A stretch of 64,000 bases of DNA from Lachnospiraceae bacterium (lineage in GTDB: Bacteria > Bacillota > Clostridia > Lachnospirales > Lachnospiraceae): NCBI GenBank assembly GCA_017514845.1, contig JAFWIM010000012.1, positions 1,777 through 65,776 of the forward strand, in the 5' to 3' direction. Under the pieces are notes generated by a model. It worked only from the letters and a program-made list of their open reading frames with translations. It was not told the origin of the DNA and did not search any database. A program made the position numbers and the translations under genes. This document shows positions 48,784 through 58,344 of the stretch, piece after piece; position 1 is the stretch's first letter; every line of letters begins with the position of its first letter.

Positions 48784-49734
48784 ATGGTTATTTTAGAAAA
48801 CACTCCGATCACAAAACTGAACGTCCCCGGCAACAATTTCTACATTAAGAGAGACGATCTGCTCCCCTTCTCATGCGGCGGTAACAAAGTGCGCATTGCC
48901 CGTGAATTCCTTGCGGACATGAAGGCAAAGGGCGGGAACTGCCTCATCATGTACGGAAACAGCCGGTCAAATCTCTGCCGGGTCCTTGCAAATGCATGCT
49001 TCATGGAAAATATTCCATGCATGATGATCTGCTCCGACGACCCGGACGGCGTACATAGAAGGACCGGAAACAGTGTCCTTGTCGATCTTCTCGGGTCAGA
49101 GATCATCTACTGCGCAAAAAACGCGATTGCCCCCGCGGTGGACGAAGCCATGAGGAGAGCATCCTCCCGCGGTCTCACGCCATACTACATCTACGGAAAC
49201 CGACTCGGCACCGGAAATGAGGGCTGTGCCGCCAGAGCCTACGCCAAGGCCTATGGGGAGATCTGTGCGCAGGAGGAGGCCATGGGTATCCGCTTTGACT
49301 ACATTTTCCACGCCTCGGGCACCGGCGCGACCCAGAGCGGTCTCGTCTGCGGACACCTTGTCCGGGAAGATGAACGAAAGATCGTCGGCATCTCCGTCTC
49401 AAGGGACAAAGAGCGCGGGACCCGGATCATAGAAAACGGAATCACCGAGTGGTTCCGCGATGAGGGAAGGACTCTTCCGCCGCGCTATGCGGATGAGATC
49501 ATCCTTGCGGATGACTATCTCGCCGGCGGATACGGGGAATACAGTGAGGAGATCCTTGAGACCATCCGCACGGAGTGGCGGCGCGACGGGATCTGCCTCG
49601 ACCCGACCTACACCGGAAAAGCTTTCACCGGCATGCTCTCCTATGTAAAGGAGCATGCTATTCATGGCAAGAATATCCTCTTTATCCACACGGGCGGCAC
49701 TCCGCTCTTCTACGACGCGCTGGAGCTGCTGTAA
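48784..49734 (+). CDS. PLP-dependent enzyme, D-cysteine desulfhydrase / ACC deaminase family
   Basis: TPI, KRDD, GGNKVR (PLP lysine), SGTGAT..GL, LDPTYTGKA, IHTGG. Start set at ATG 48784. Confidence 0.85.
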   Translation: MVILENTPITKLNVPGNNFYIKRDDLLPFSCGGNKVRIAREFLADMKAKGGNCLIMYGNSRSNLCRVLANACFMENIPCMMICSDDPDGVHRRTGNSVLVDLLGSEIIYCAKNAIAPAVDEAMRRASSRGLTPYYIYGNRLGTGNEGCAARAYAKAYGEICAQEEAMGIRFDYIFHASGTGATQSGLVCGHLVREDERKIVGISVSRDKERGTRIIENGITEWFRDEGRTLPPRYADEIILADDYLAGGYGEYSEEILETIRTEWRRDGICLDPTYTGKAFTGMLSYVKEHAIHGKNILFIHTGGTPLFYDALELL

Positions 49735-49819
49735 GCGGGGGCTCTCGCCCTGCGGTTGCTTCGGCTGTCTTTATAAAGAGCAGACATTCTTCCACATAGA
49801 TATGACAGGAGAGGAACAA

Positions 49820-50842
49820 ATGCTGGTTTCAATTATCATTCCATGCTACAACTCGGAAGCCACAATAGAAAAAGTCGTCACGATGGTCATGGACGAGTTC
49901 CGTCAGCACGATGAGTATGACTGTGACTTCTTTCTCGTGAACGATTATTCACGCGACGACACATTCGGGGCCATCACACGCCTTGCCGAAAAATACCCGA
50001 CCGTGCACGGCATCAATCTGATGCGCAACTTCGGTCAGCACAACGCCCTCATGGCAGCCCTCAACTATGCCGACGGCGACTACGTCCTCGGTATGGACGA
50101 TGACATGCAGACGCACCCGTCACAAGTCTTCAAGCTGCTGGGCAAGATGTCGGAAGGCTATGACCTCGTGTACGGCCAGTACGCTCAAAAGAAAAACGGA
50201 TTCCTGAAGAACCTGACAAGCAAGTTCAACGAGGTCTCATCCCGCATTCTGCTCGGACGGCCGAAGGAGATCGTTTCCAGCAATTTCTGGGTCATCACCA
50301 GAGCTGTCCGCGATGAGGTCATCCTCTACAAGAACTTCAACCCTTACGTCGACGGCCTCTTCTACCGCACGACGTCCAACATAGGAAATGTCATGGTCGA
50401 ACACCACAAGCGCGAGGTCGGCACATCCAACTACACGCTGCGAAAGCTCATGCGGCTCTGGCTCGCCTATTTCAATTATACGGTCCTGCCGCTCCGCATA
50501 TCGTTCTTCCTCGGCGTGATATTTTCCATGATCGGCCTTGTGTCCGCGCTCGTGACCATTATACGAAAGCTGGTCACCCCGGATATGACCGTCGGCTGGG
50601 CATCCCTAATGGCCTGCCTGCTGATCTTCAGCGGTGTGATCATGCTGATTCTGGGTATTCTCGGAGAATATATCGGAAAACTGATTCTCTCCATCAACGG
50701 AACCCCCCAGTATATCATCCGCGAGACAGTGAACCTCGACATGCCTGTCCATCGCAGGCACGATAAGGCATCGGAGACAGAAACTGTCCGCTATCACGGG
50801 CTGGCCGAGAACTATATAGACAGGGAACAGACCGGCCGGTGA
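49820..50842 (+). CDS. polyprenyl-phosphate glycosyltransferase (ArnC/GtrB-like GT2)
   Basis: IPCYN, VNDYSRD, RNFGQHNAL, MDDDMQ, two C-terminal TMs, LGEYIG. Start set at ATG 49820 (RBS AGGAGAGG). Confidence 0.88.
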   Translation: MLVSIIIPCYNSEATIEKVVTMVMDEFRQHDEYDCDFFLVNDYSRDDTFGAITRLAEKYPTVHGINLMRNFGQHNALMAALNYADGDYVLGMDDDMQTHPSQVFKLLGKMSEGYDLVYGQYAQKKNGFLKNLTSKFNEVSSRILLGRPKEIVSSNFWVITRAVRDEVILYKNFNPYVDGLFYRTTSNIGNVMVEHHKREVGTSNYTLRKLMRLWLAYFNYTVLPLRISFFLGVIFSMIGLVSALVTIIRKLVTPDMTVGWASLMACLLIFSGVIMLILGILGEYIGKLILSINGTPQYIIRETVNLDMPVHRRHDKASETETVRYHGLAENYIDREQTGR

Positions 50843-50868
50843 TTTGCAAAAGCTGTCTGTATATTTAT

Positions 50869-50890
50869 GAATCCGGCTTCGGCCGGATTC
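50869..50890 (+). other. stable hairpin with cUUCGg tetraloop
   Basis: GAATCCGGC-TTCG-GCCGGATTC between the GT2 and ATP-grasp genes, with no strong U tract. Confidence 0.6.
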
Positions 50891-50910
50891 CTTGCTGAAA
50901 GGAAATAATT

Positions 50911-52092
50911 ATGACGAACAACCTCATGATCCTCGGAGCGGGCATCTATCAGGTCCCCCTTATCAAGAAAGCAAAAGAGCTCGGCTATCACACCATCGTT
51001 GTGAGCTACCCCGGACCGTATCCCGGATTCGACATCGCTGACGAGGCGCTCTACCTCGACACGACAGACGCATCTTCGATCCTCGGCGCTGCCGAAAAAC
51101 TGAACATTGCCGGGATCTGTACGACCGGGACCGATGTCGCTATGGGCTCCATCGGTCTGGTCAATGACACGCTCGGTCTTTCCGGCATCTCCGGGCAGGC
51201 CGCCCTTGTGCTCACGGATAAATCCGTCATGAAAAAAAGATTTGCGGAAGCCGGGGTCCGGACCGCCGCTTTCGAGAAAATATACTCAATGGATGAGGCC
51301 ATCGCCGCATTCAGGAAAATCGGTCCGCCCTGCGTCATCAAAGTGACGGACAAATCCGGCAGCCGGGGCATCATCAGAGTCGACTCGGAAGACGAGATTC
51401 CCGGTGCCTATGCGGATGCCATGAAAGTCACAAATAAGGAATACCTCCTTGTTGAAAAGTGTATCATCGGCCACGAGATCGGCATTGACGCCTTTGTGTC
51501 AGGGGGACGCCCCGTTCTGCTTCTGCCCCACGATAAGCTCGTGTACAGAGGCCGTTCGACGACAGTCCCCGTAGGCCATATCTTTCCCTACGAGGCCTCC
51601 CCTGCCCTCTATGACGACATAAAGGAGCAGGTGGAAAAAATCATCCTGGCCTCCGGCATGGACAACTGCGCGATGAACATCGACGCCTTCGTGTGCGGTG
51701 ACGAGCTCTACGTGATCGAGGCGGGCGGCCGATGCGGCGCGACCTGTATCCCGGAGCTCATTTCCATGTACGGCGGGATCGACTACTACGGCCTCATGAT
51801 AAAAGCCGCCTGCGGCCTGCCGACAGACTTTTCTCTTCGGACAGCCGTTCCCTGCATGGCCAGTCTCCTCTATGTGACGAAAGAATGCCGGGTCGTCTCT
51901 TACGACAGCGATAAGATCAGTGCGCTCAGGGACCGGGGCATCTTCGTATCCTTTGATTATGCCGAGGGTGCTTTACTTCCCGCCATGCACAACGGAACCG
52001 ACCGGATCGGCCAGGTCTACGCGCCGTGTTCCTCCGCCTCGGAATTTGAAAAAATCCGTGCAGAAGCTCTTTCCGCCTGCCATATGGAATAA
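50911..52092 (+). CDS. ATP-grasp domain ligase
   Basis: LGAG..Q, DKSVMK, VIK..D.SGSRGI, VEKCI.G.E, NIDAF, VIE...RCG. Confidence 0.85.
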   Translation: MTNNLMILGAGIYQVPLIKKAKELGYHTIVVSYPGPYPGFDIADEALYLDTTDASSILGAAEKLNIAGICTTGTDVAMGSIGLVNDTLGLSGISGQAALVLTDKSVMKKRFAEAGVRTAAFEKIYSMDEAIAAFRKIGPPCVIKVTDKSGSRGIIRVDSEDEIPGAYADAMKVTNKEYLLVEKCIIGHEIGIDAFVSGGRPVLLLPHDKLVYRGRSTTVPVGHIFPYEASPALYDDIKEQVEKIILASGMDNCAMNIDAFVCGDELYVIEAGGRCGATCIPELISMYGGIDYYGLMIKAACGLPTDFSLRTAVPCMASLLYVTKECRVVSYDSDKISALRDRGIFVSFDYAEGALLPAMHNGTDRIGQVYAPCSSASEFEKIRAEALSACHME

Positions 52093-52177
52093 ATCTTACC
52101 CGCCTTGCTTCATGACTTGCGCTATGCCTATAATTAGTAGTAGAATATTACTACTTATGACTATAAGGAGCATTACT

Positions 52178-53308
52178 ATGATTGATTTTAACATTCCCCC
52201 ATTCACGGGCAGGGAAATCGAATATATGGAACAGGCAGCCCGCGGCGGCAAGATCTGCGGTGACGGTCCGTTCACGAAAAAATGCCAGGCATGGATCAAC
52301 GAGCATTTCAATTTCCCGGCTTCGTACCTCACCACCTCCGGCACCGCTGCCCTCGAGATGGCAGCCCTTCTCACAAAGATCGGTCCCGGCGATGAGGTCA
52401 TACTCCCGTCCTACACGTTCTGCTCCACGGCAGACGCATTCGTACAGCGGGGAGCCACTCTGGTTTTTGTCGATATCCGTCCGGACACTATGAACCTCGA
52501 TGAAAAGAAAATCGAGGCAGCGATCACCGAGCGGACAAAAGTCATTGCGACCGTCGACTACGCAGGCGTCGCGTGCGAAATGGACACGATCAACAGCATC
52601 GCCGCCAAACACGGGCTTCTCGTCGTCGAGGACGCCGCGCAGGGATTCGGCTCGACATACAAGGGACGTCCTCTCGGAAATCTCGGCGACTTCGGCTGCT
52701 TCTCCTTCCATGAGACAAAGAACTTCTCTATGGGTGAGGGCGGCGCTCTTGTCCTGCCGAACCTCGATTACCGCGACGAGGCCGAGATCTACCGCGAGAA
52801 AGGTACGGATCGAAGCAAGTATTTCCGCGGCCAGATCGACAAGTACACCTGGGTCGACTACGGTTCATCCTACCTCCCGAGCGATCTGAACGCAGCTTAT
52901 CTCTGGGCTCAGCTGGAGAGCTATGATCTGGTCTACAATGACCGCATGAAGACCTGGAACACCTACCACGCCGCATTCGAGGATCTGGAAAAAGAGCATC
53001 TCATCGAGCGGCCCACGATTCCGGAAGAATGCGAGCATAACGCCCACATGTACTATATCAAGCTCCGCGACATTGAAGAGCGCTCTGCCATGATCCGTCA
53101 CCTGAAGGAGCACGGAATTCTTGCGGTATTCCACTATATCCCGCTCCACTCCGCTCCTGCCGGTCTCAAATTCGGCAGATTCGACGGTGTCGATGAATAC
53201 ACGACAAAGGAGAGCGAGCGCCTCCTGCGCCTCCCGCTCTACTACGGAATCGGAGACGAGAACAGACAGACTGTTATACGGGAAGTCCGCGCCTTCTTCC
53301 ACCGCTGA
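52178..53308 (+). CDS. rffA: dTDP-4-amino-4,6-dideoxygalactose transaminase
   Basis: IDFNIP, CGDGPFT, SFHETKN, GEGG, REKGTDRS..FRGQIDKYTW (WecE signature). Start set at ATG 52178 (RBS AAGGAG). Confidence 0.92.
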   Translation: MIDFNIPPFTGREIEYMEQAARGGKICGDGPFTKKCQAWINEHFNFPASYLTTSGTAALEMAALLTKIGPGDEVILPSYTFCSTADAFVQRGATLVFVDIRPDTMNLDEKKIEAAITERTKVIATVDYAGVACEMDTINSIAAKHGLLVVEDAAQGFGSTYKGRPLGNLGDFGCFSFHETKNFSMGEGGALVLPNLDYRDEAEIYREKGTDRSKYFRGQIDKYTWVDYGSSYLPSDLNAAYLWAQLESYDLVYNDRMKTWNTYHAAFEDLEKEHLIERPTIPEECEHNAHMYYIKLRDIEERSAMIRHLKEHGILAVFHYIPLHSAPAGLKFGRFDGVDEYTTKESERLLRLPLYYGIGDENRQTVIREVRAFFHR

Positions 53309-53438
53309 AACGCTCCCAAGCCTTCCCCTCTGATATGAGAATGATATCCCCCCGCCGCCAGAAAGCGGGGGGCTTCCACTAATAAGATAAAGAAACGGAT
53401 CCCCAAGCCTTCATTCCGCAGGATCCAAAGGAAAGAGG

Positions 53439-56210
53439 ATGGATATGACCTTCTTTAAAAAGCACAGAATTCTCCTTCTGCTTATACTGTCTTCCGCGAT
53501 TTTCCTCGCGCTCTACCGGCGTTTTATCTTCGGCGACGCGATCTTCATGTATACCGATCTCGGCTCGGACGGTATGTCGTCCAGCTATCCGATCATAACC
53601 ATGCTGTCCCGCCTTCTGATGAACCGCGACTTTTCCGCTTTCACACTGGAATCCGGTCTGGGCAGCGACACCACCGCGACATTTCTTCAGTATATAAATC
53701 CGCTGAAATTATTCCTTCTGGTCTTCGGAAGGGATCGGTTCCACATCGGTATTCTCATTTTTCTGTATATACAGCATACTCTGACCGCCCTCCTCGGATA
53801 CGGTTATTTCAGCATACTCCTTAAAAATAAAGATGCAGCCGTGATCCCCGCCCTCATATGGGCCTATGCAAGCTATATTGTCCTCTGGGGACAGAACTAC
53901 AGCTTCGGCACCTGCATTTTGATGTTCACTCTGGTCATGTATCTTCTGCAGGGAGCCTATGACACAGGGCTGAAGAGATTTTATTTTCTCCTGATTCCCG
54001 CCCTTGCCCTCTCCCTGATATCCAATTACTATTTCTACTATATGATCGCTGCGTTCACAGCCGTGTACACATTCCTTTATACGCTGATTGCAGGCGACAG
54101 GCGGGATCTGCCCGAAGGCGCAAAAAGAGAAAATCGTATCCTCACAGTAGTCCTCCGTCTCATGAGGCTTCTGCTCATAGGCATTTTCTCTGTCGTGATC
54201 GGTGCCGTATCGGTGCTCCCGATTATTTCATCTTTCCTGACCAGCAATCGCACGGAGACTACGCAGCAGTACAGCTTTCGCATTATAACGCACCCGTATG
54301 ATCTTCGGACATACCTGACATTCATCGGCAGATTTTTTTCGACCGATCTCTTCGGTACAGGAAATGCCTTCACAGGTCAGCTGAATTACTACGAAATAGC
54401 GATCCTGTTTGTCAGCACGCTGTTCTTTTTCTCCGTCATCTACCTGCTTTTCAGCAAAAAAGGTGTGCTCCCGGTAGTACTGCTCACTGCCTTGTGTGCC
54501 GTCATGCTCTATTTCCGCGGGGCTGCCTGGCTGCTTACATTCAACATTTCAGCTCAGCGCTACTCTTTCATGATCTGCTTTGTGGAAGTCATCGCTATTG
54601 CTTTCTTTGTCCGCGCTCTCACAGAAGGTCCCGATAAAGTCCGTCTGGCTCTGTCGGTAATCATCGCTCCGGCAGGATGCGCGGCCGTACTCTACGGTCT
54701 GCATCACTATGCACCGCTGTTCAATTTTGACCTCTCAAGGCGCGCTGTTATCATTGCTGCCGGTTCAGTCGCTCTCTACGCCCTTCTGCTCTTCCTTCAG
54801 ATATTCGATAAAATCAGAGGCGGAGTCAGAGTACTTCTCGTGCTGGCAGTGTGCGCTGAACTTGTAATCGCCAATTCAGCTTCTCTGTACGAGCGGGATT
54901 ACGTCACCCGCGAAGAATACGCGTCGTCACTCTATAATGACGGAACACAAAAAGCGGCGGAATATCTATCCACACTGGACAACAGCCTCTATCGAATCAA
55001 TGCCTCGACAGAATATAATTATGCAAATGAAGGCATGGTCGACGGTTTCAATTCCACGACCAGCTATTCAAGCGTCAACCCCGCCAGCCTTCACACGCTG
55101 AGCAGAGCACACAGGGTCAATCAGCTGTCCGACAACTTCTTCATTGTCAGCTACGACGATTACTACCTTTTCACTCTCCTCAGCGGAAAATATCTGATCA
55201 CAGATAACGGGAAGGACCGCATCGGCGACTCGATGGAGACTTCCCTCTTTACTCAGGTCGATGTGACCGACACGAATAAAACATTTGTCAACAACAATTC
55301 GCTTCCGTTCGGATATCTGTATCACGATCAGATTCGCAAATCCGCCTTCGAGGAACTTGACTCATTTGAAAGAATGAAAATCCTCACACAGGCCTATTAC
55401 AAGACCAACGGCGGAGACGGCAACATTTCCCTTCGGGAATATGACATTCGCCGCGGCAAGTCGATGGCGCTCATCGACAAGATCAGTCACATCAATAACT
55501 GCAGTATTGAAAAGAACGAGGACGGCACATTTACAGCGACCGCCCAGGGTGAAGATCCGTTTTTCATTATGGCACTGAATGATGCCCTGACCGATGACGA
55601 ATTCGAGGTCCAGTATCTGCACATCGCGGTCGACCCGGCAAAAACTGTCGGTGACGGTACCCTCCAGACATTCATACTGACTGAAGCCCACCCCGATCTC
55701 TCAGACTGTGACAATGAGATTATTCCCATGAGCCAGGCTCTGCCTGACATGACCAAGCTTCTTCCGGACCGGACCAACAATATCCGTGTGGATCTCAGTG
55801 ACAACAGTTCGGTAACCTTCCTGGATCTGAGTCTCATAACGGATATAAATGCCGCACTCGAATTCCAGGATCTCAAGGCGACCGATATCAGCGATATCTC
55901 ATTTGAAAATGACGTCTACAGCGCTGTTGTGAAGAACCCGGAAGAATCAGGTATGCTCTGCGTCCCGATTCCCTATACATCGGGGTGGACAGCGACCGTT
56001 AACGGCAAAAAGGTACAGGTCCAGAACATAAACGGCGGTCTGTGCGGTGTCGAAGTTCCGAAAGGCAGCTGCAAGGTCAAAATGACCTATCGCCTGCCTT
56101 ACCTCGAACTGGCGGCGATGATCTCAGCCGGAGGTCTGGCCGTGTGGTTCATACTTTTCATTCTGCCGTTCGGGCGAAGAAAAAAGCCAAAACAGTCCGT
56201 TGCACAGTGA
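53439..56210 (+). CDS. YfhO-family GT-C membrane glycosyltransferase
   Basis: DLGSD...YP first loop, about 12 TMs, YRI, IPYTSGWTATVNG C-terminal motif, final TM. Confidence 0.85.
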   Translation: MDMTFFKKHRILLLLILSSAIFLALYRRFIFGDAIFMYTDLGSDGMSSSYPIITMLSRLLMNRDFSAFTLESGLGSDTTATFLQYINPLKLFLLVFGRDRFHIGILIFLYIQHTLTALLGYGYFSILLKNKDAAVIPALIWAYASYIVLWGQNYSFGTCILMFTLVMYLLQGAYDTGLKRFYFLLIPALALSLISNYYFYYMIAAFTAVYTFLYTLIAGDRRDLPEGAKRENRILTVVLRLMRLLLIGIFSVVIGAVSVLPIISSFLTSNRTETTQQYSFRIITHPYDLRTYLTFIGRFFSTDLFGTGNAFTGQLNYYEIAILFVSTLFFFSVIYLLFSKKGVLPVVLLTALCAVMLYFRGAAWLLTFNISAQRYSFMICFVEVIAIAFFVRALTEGPDKVRLALSVIIAPAGCAAVLYGLHHYAPLFNFDLSRRAVIIAAGSVALYALLLFLQIFDKIRGGVRVLLVLAVCAELVIANSASLYERDYVTREEYASSLYNDGTQKAAEYLSTLDNSLYRINASTEYNYANEGMVDGFNSTTSYSSVNPASLHTLSRAHRVNQLSDNFFIVSYDDYYLFTLLSGKYLITDNGKDRIGDSMETSLFTQVDVTDTNKTFVNNNSLPFGYLYHDQIRKSAFEELDSFERMKILTQAYYKTNGGDGNISLREYDIRRGKSMALIDKISHINNCSIEKNEDGTFTATAQGEDPFFIMALNDALTDDEFEVQYLHIAVDPAKTVGDGTLQTFILTEAHPDLSDCDNEIIPMSQALPDMTKLLPDRTNNIRVDLSDNSSVTFLDLSLITDINAALEFQDLKATDISDISFENDVYSAVVKNPEESGMLCVPIPYTSGWTATVNGKKVQVQNINGGLCGVEVPKGSCKVKMTYRLPYLELAAMISAGGLAVWFILFILPFGRRKKPKQSVAQ

Positions 56211-56256
56211 TTTACGCATCAAGACCATTTGACAATTAATAGTCAGGGGGGAGAAA

Positions 56257-58194
56257 GTGAAAAATAAAAACAGGAACGCGGACACGACCGTCTATATATT
56301 ACTGGCTCTGCTTCTCGTTGCTGCCTGGCATTTTGCCTGCGGGCTCCCATACAACCAGGGCACGGCAGATTTTCCGGTGAACTTTAACCTTTTCTTATTT
56401 GTCGTCTCCATTCTCGGGATCTGTGCCGCCGCAACCTTATGCTTCCTGATTACCGATCTCATCGGGAGGAACCTGCCCTCCGACAGCACTCCGGCAAGGG
56501 TAATGAATGCGCTCCTCGTTCCGGTCCATCTGGCGGCGGGAGCGCTGATCATCGCGCTCATTTACAAAGTCTATCTTAACGAGAACACACTGTTCCCCGG
56601 TGATGCCGCTGCCTACGCGATGAGGCATTATTTCCCGCACCCGGTCTACTTCGGCTTCATTCTTGTTCCCGCCCTCATCCTGTATGTTTTCGGCAAATTC
56701 GGTACCGGCAAAAACAGAGCCTTCCGCGTTGTGACAGCTTCTTGTGTGTCGGCATTGTCGGCAGTTTACGTCTGGTGTCCCAATCCGTTCGCGGACACAG
56801 GGGCCGGTGTCCTTCATGTCGACGCCTACACCACTACAATCATCAACACCGCAAGGATGATTCCCTTCGACAGCCATCACATCAACATCTACGGTCATCA
56901 GGGTATTTTATATCTCCCGCTGGTCAGACTCTTCGGCAGTGACTACAGGGCTGTCACTCTTGCGATCTGTGTGTTTACTTTCATCGCGTTCATGGCTGCC
57001 TCTTACGCGGCTGACGCCCTGATCGGTAAAAACATCGTCTTTTTCTTTACAATGCTCGCAGTTCTGGGTACGACCACGCTGCTGACCAGAAGGGGATTGT
57101 ACTACCAGATCAACCCGCACAGGCTGCTCTTCCCGATGCTTGCCCTCGCATATCTGGCGTGGGAATTGAAGCACCCCGGAAAAGTCACCTCCGCTCCGAG
57201 GCTCATCGTCAGGTTTGTGATCACATCGCTGGCATTTGTATGGAACTTCGAGACCGGTCTCTTCACCGCGGTCATGTTCGCGTTCTGCCTGTTCCTTAGG
57301 ACACACTATGGCGAGAAGTGGTTTTCATTCGCAGCTTTAAAAACGTCGGTTCTGCTTATCGTGTTCGTAGTCATGTCTCTGGCATGCGCAGTCGGCATCG
57401 TGGAAGTTTACAACATGGCGGCCGGAGGAGGGCTTATATCGTTCAGGCAGTTCATATATCCCCTGTTCTCCGGAACGTACAATGTCAACAACCTCAGTCT
57501 GCCGCTGCCGTCAGTCGGACATCTCTACTTTCTTCAGATTCTCCTCTTCGGTTTCACGCTGCTTCCCATTCTTCGGGGAAGAACGGAGGCTTCCGACGAG
57601 GAGCGTCAGGTGGGAGTATTTGCTGTCGGTATCGCCCTATCCGGCTTCTCCTCGATGATATATTTCATCAACCGCCCTGCTTACGGAAACATGTCCATCG
57701 CGTTCATTCAGATGGCTCTGCTGGCAGGATACGCGGCGGACAGATTCATGGACAGAGACACTCTTTTTGAGGGAGGCGTCAAGGCATACAGGCTGTGCCG
57801 CTATGTCATCGGCTGTGCCCTCTTCTTTGCAATATTCTGGATTTCGATTGAGAGTGTGCTGTATATCCAACAGGGAGTATCCTTCCGTCAGGGAGGCGGA
57901 TGGAATATGACCGCGGAGGAGGAAACGCTTTTGAAGATCCGGAGTGATGTGCCTGCCGATACGTTCGCGGTCGGCATGGGCGTTCCCCAGCTGTACTATG
58001 AGCTCGGCTGGGATCCGCAGATCTATCCGACGGATTTCCCGGATATGAACGACGAGAACCTGAACTTTATACGAAGTGAGCTCAAAAATCAGAAAGCTGT
58101 CCTCACTTCTTATCCCGATATTGTGCCCGAAGATTTCACTCTCCGGGAGACCTACGTCATAGGACCGATCGAGTTCGGGTATTACACAAAATAA
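56257..58194 (+). CDS. polytopic membrane protein, possible GT-C fold glycosyltransferase
   Basis: About 14 hydrophobic segments, HVDAY loop, YG.QG, INPHR, WNFETG, small soluble C-terminal domain. Confidence 0.55.
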   Translation: MKNKNRNADTTVYILLALLLVAAWHFACGLPYNQGTADFPVNFNLFLFVVSILGICAAATLCFLITDLIGRNLPSDSTPARVMNALLVPVHLAAGALIIALIYKVYLNENTLFPGDAAAYAMRHYFPHPVYFGFILVPALILYVFGKFGTGKNRAFRVVTASCVSALSAVYVWCPNPFADTGAGVLHVDAYTTTIINTARMIPFDSHHINIYGHQGILYLPLVRLFGSDYRAVTLAICVFTFIAFMAASYAADALIGKNIVFFFTMLAVLGTTTLLTRRGLYYQINPHRLLFPMLALAYLAWELKHPGKVTSAPRLIVRFVITSLAFVWNFETGLFTAVMFAFCLFLRTHYGEKWFSFAALKTSVLLIVFVVMSLACAVGIVEVYNMAAGGGLISFRQFIYPLFSGTYNVNNLSLPLPSVGHLYFLQILLFGFTLLPILRGRTEASDEERQVGVFAVGIALSGFSSMIYFINRPAYGNMSIAFIQMALLAGYAADRFMDRDTLFEGGVKAYRLCRYVIGCALFFAIFWISIESVLYIQQGVSFRQGGGWNMTAEEETLLKIRSDVPADTFAVGMGVPQLYYELGWDPQIYPTDFPDMNDENLNFIRSELKNQKAVLTSYPDIVPEDFTLRETYVIGPIEFGYYTK

Positions 58195-58195
58195 C

Positions 58196-58294
58196 AGGGC
58201 TGTCGCATAAGACCGGGTCCGCGCTCAGTATAGCAGTCATTAAAAAATAATGTCAGCTATACTGAGCGCGGACCCTTTTTTATGCAGCAGCCCT
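58196..58294 (+). terminator. large stem-loop terminator between convergent genes
   Basis: Perfect 20-bp inverted repeat GGGTCCGCGCTCAGTATAGC (58215-58234 / 58256-58275) followed by T6, nested in an outer stem. Confidence 0.75.
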
Positions 58295-58344
58295 TTAGTC
58301 TGATGCGCCCCGGCGTTATTGCCGCAGGCCTTTATTCAGTGAAT

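Noticed and set aside
51920-52177. 86-aa N-terminal extension of WecE (also extended starts for fmt, rlmN, rfbC and GT2s)
   Set aside because: These extensions overlap upstream genes or promoters, and RBS-supported downstream starts match family N-termini.
56246-56251. G6 run before the 645-aa membrane gene as a phase-variation tract
   Set aside because: Too short, and it doubles as the Shine-Dalgarno sequence.
48784-58194. Plus-strand block as an invertible phase-variable segment
   Set aside because: No recombinase and no matching inverted repeats found at both boundaries; it has its own promoter and terminator.
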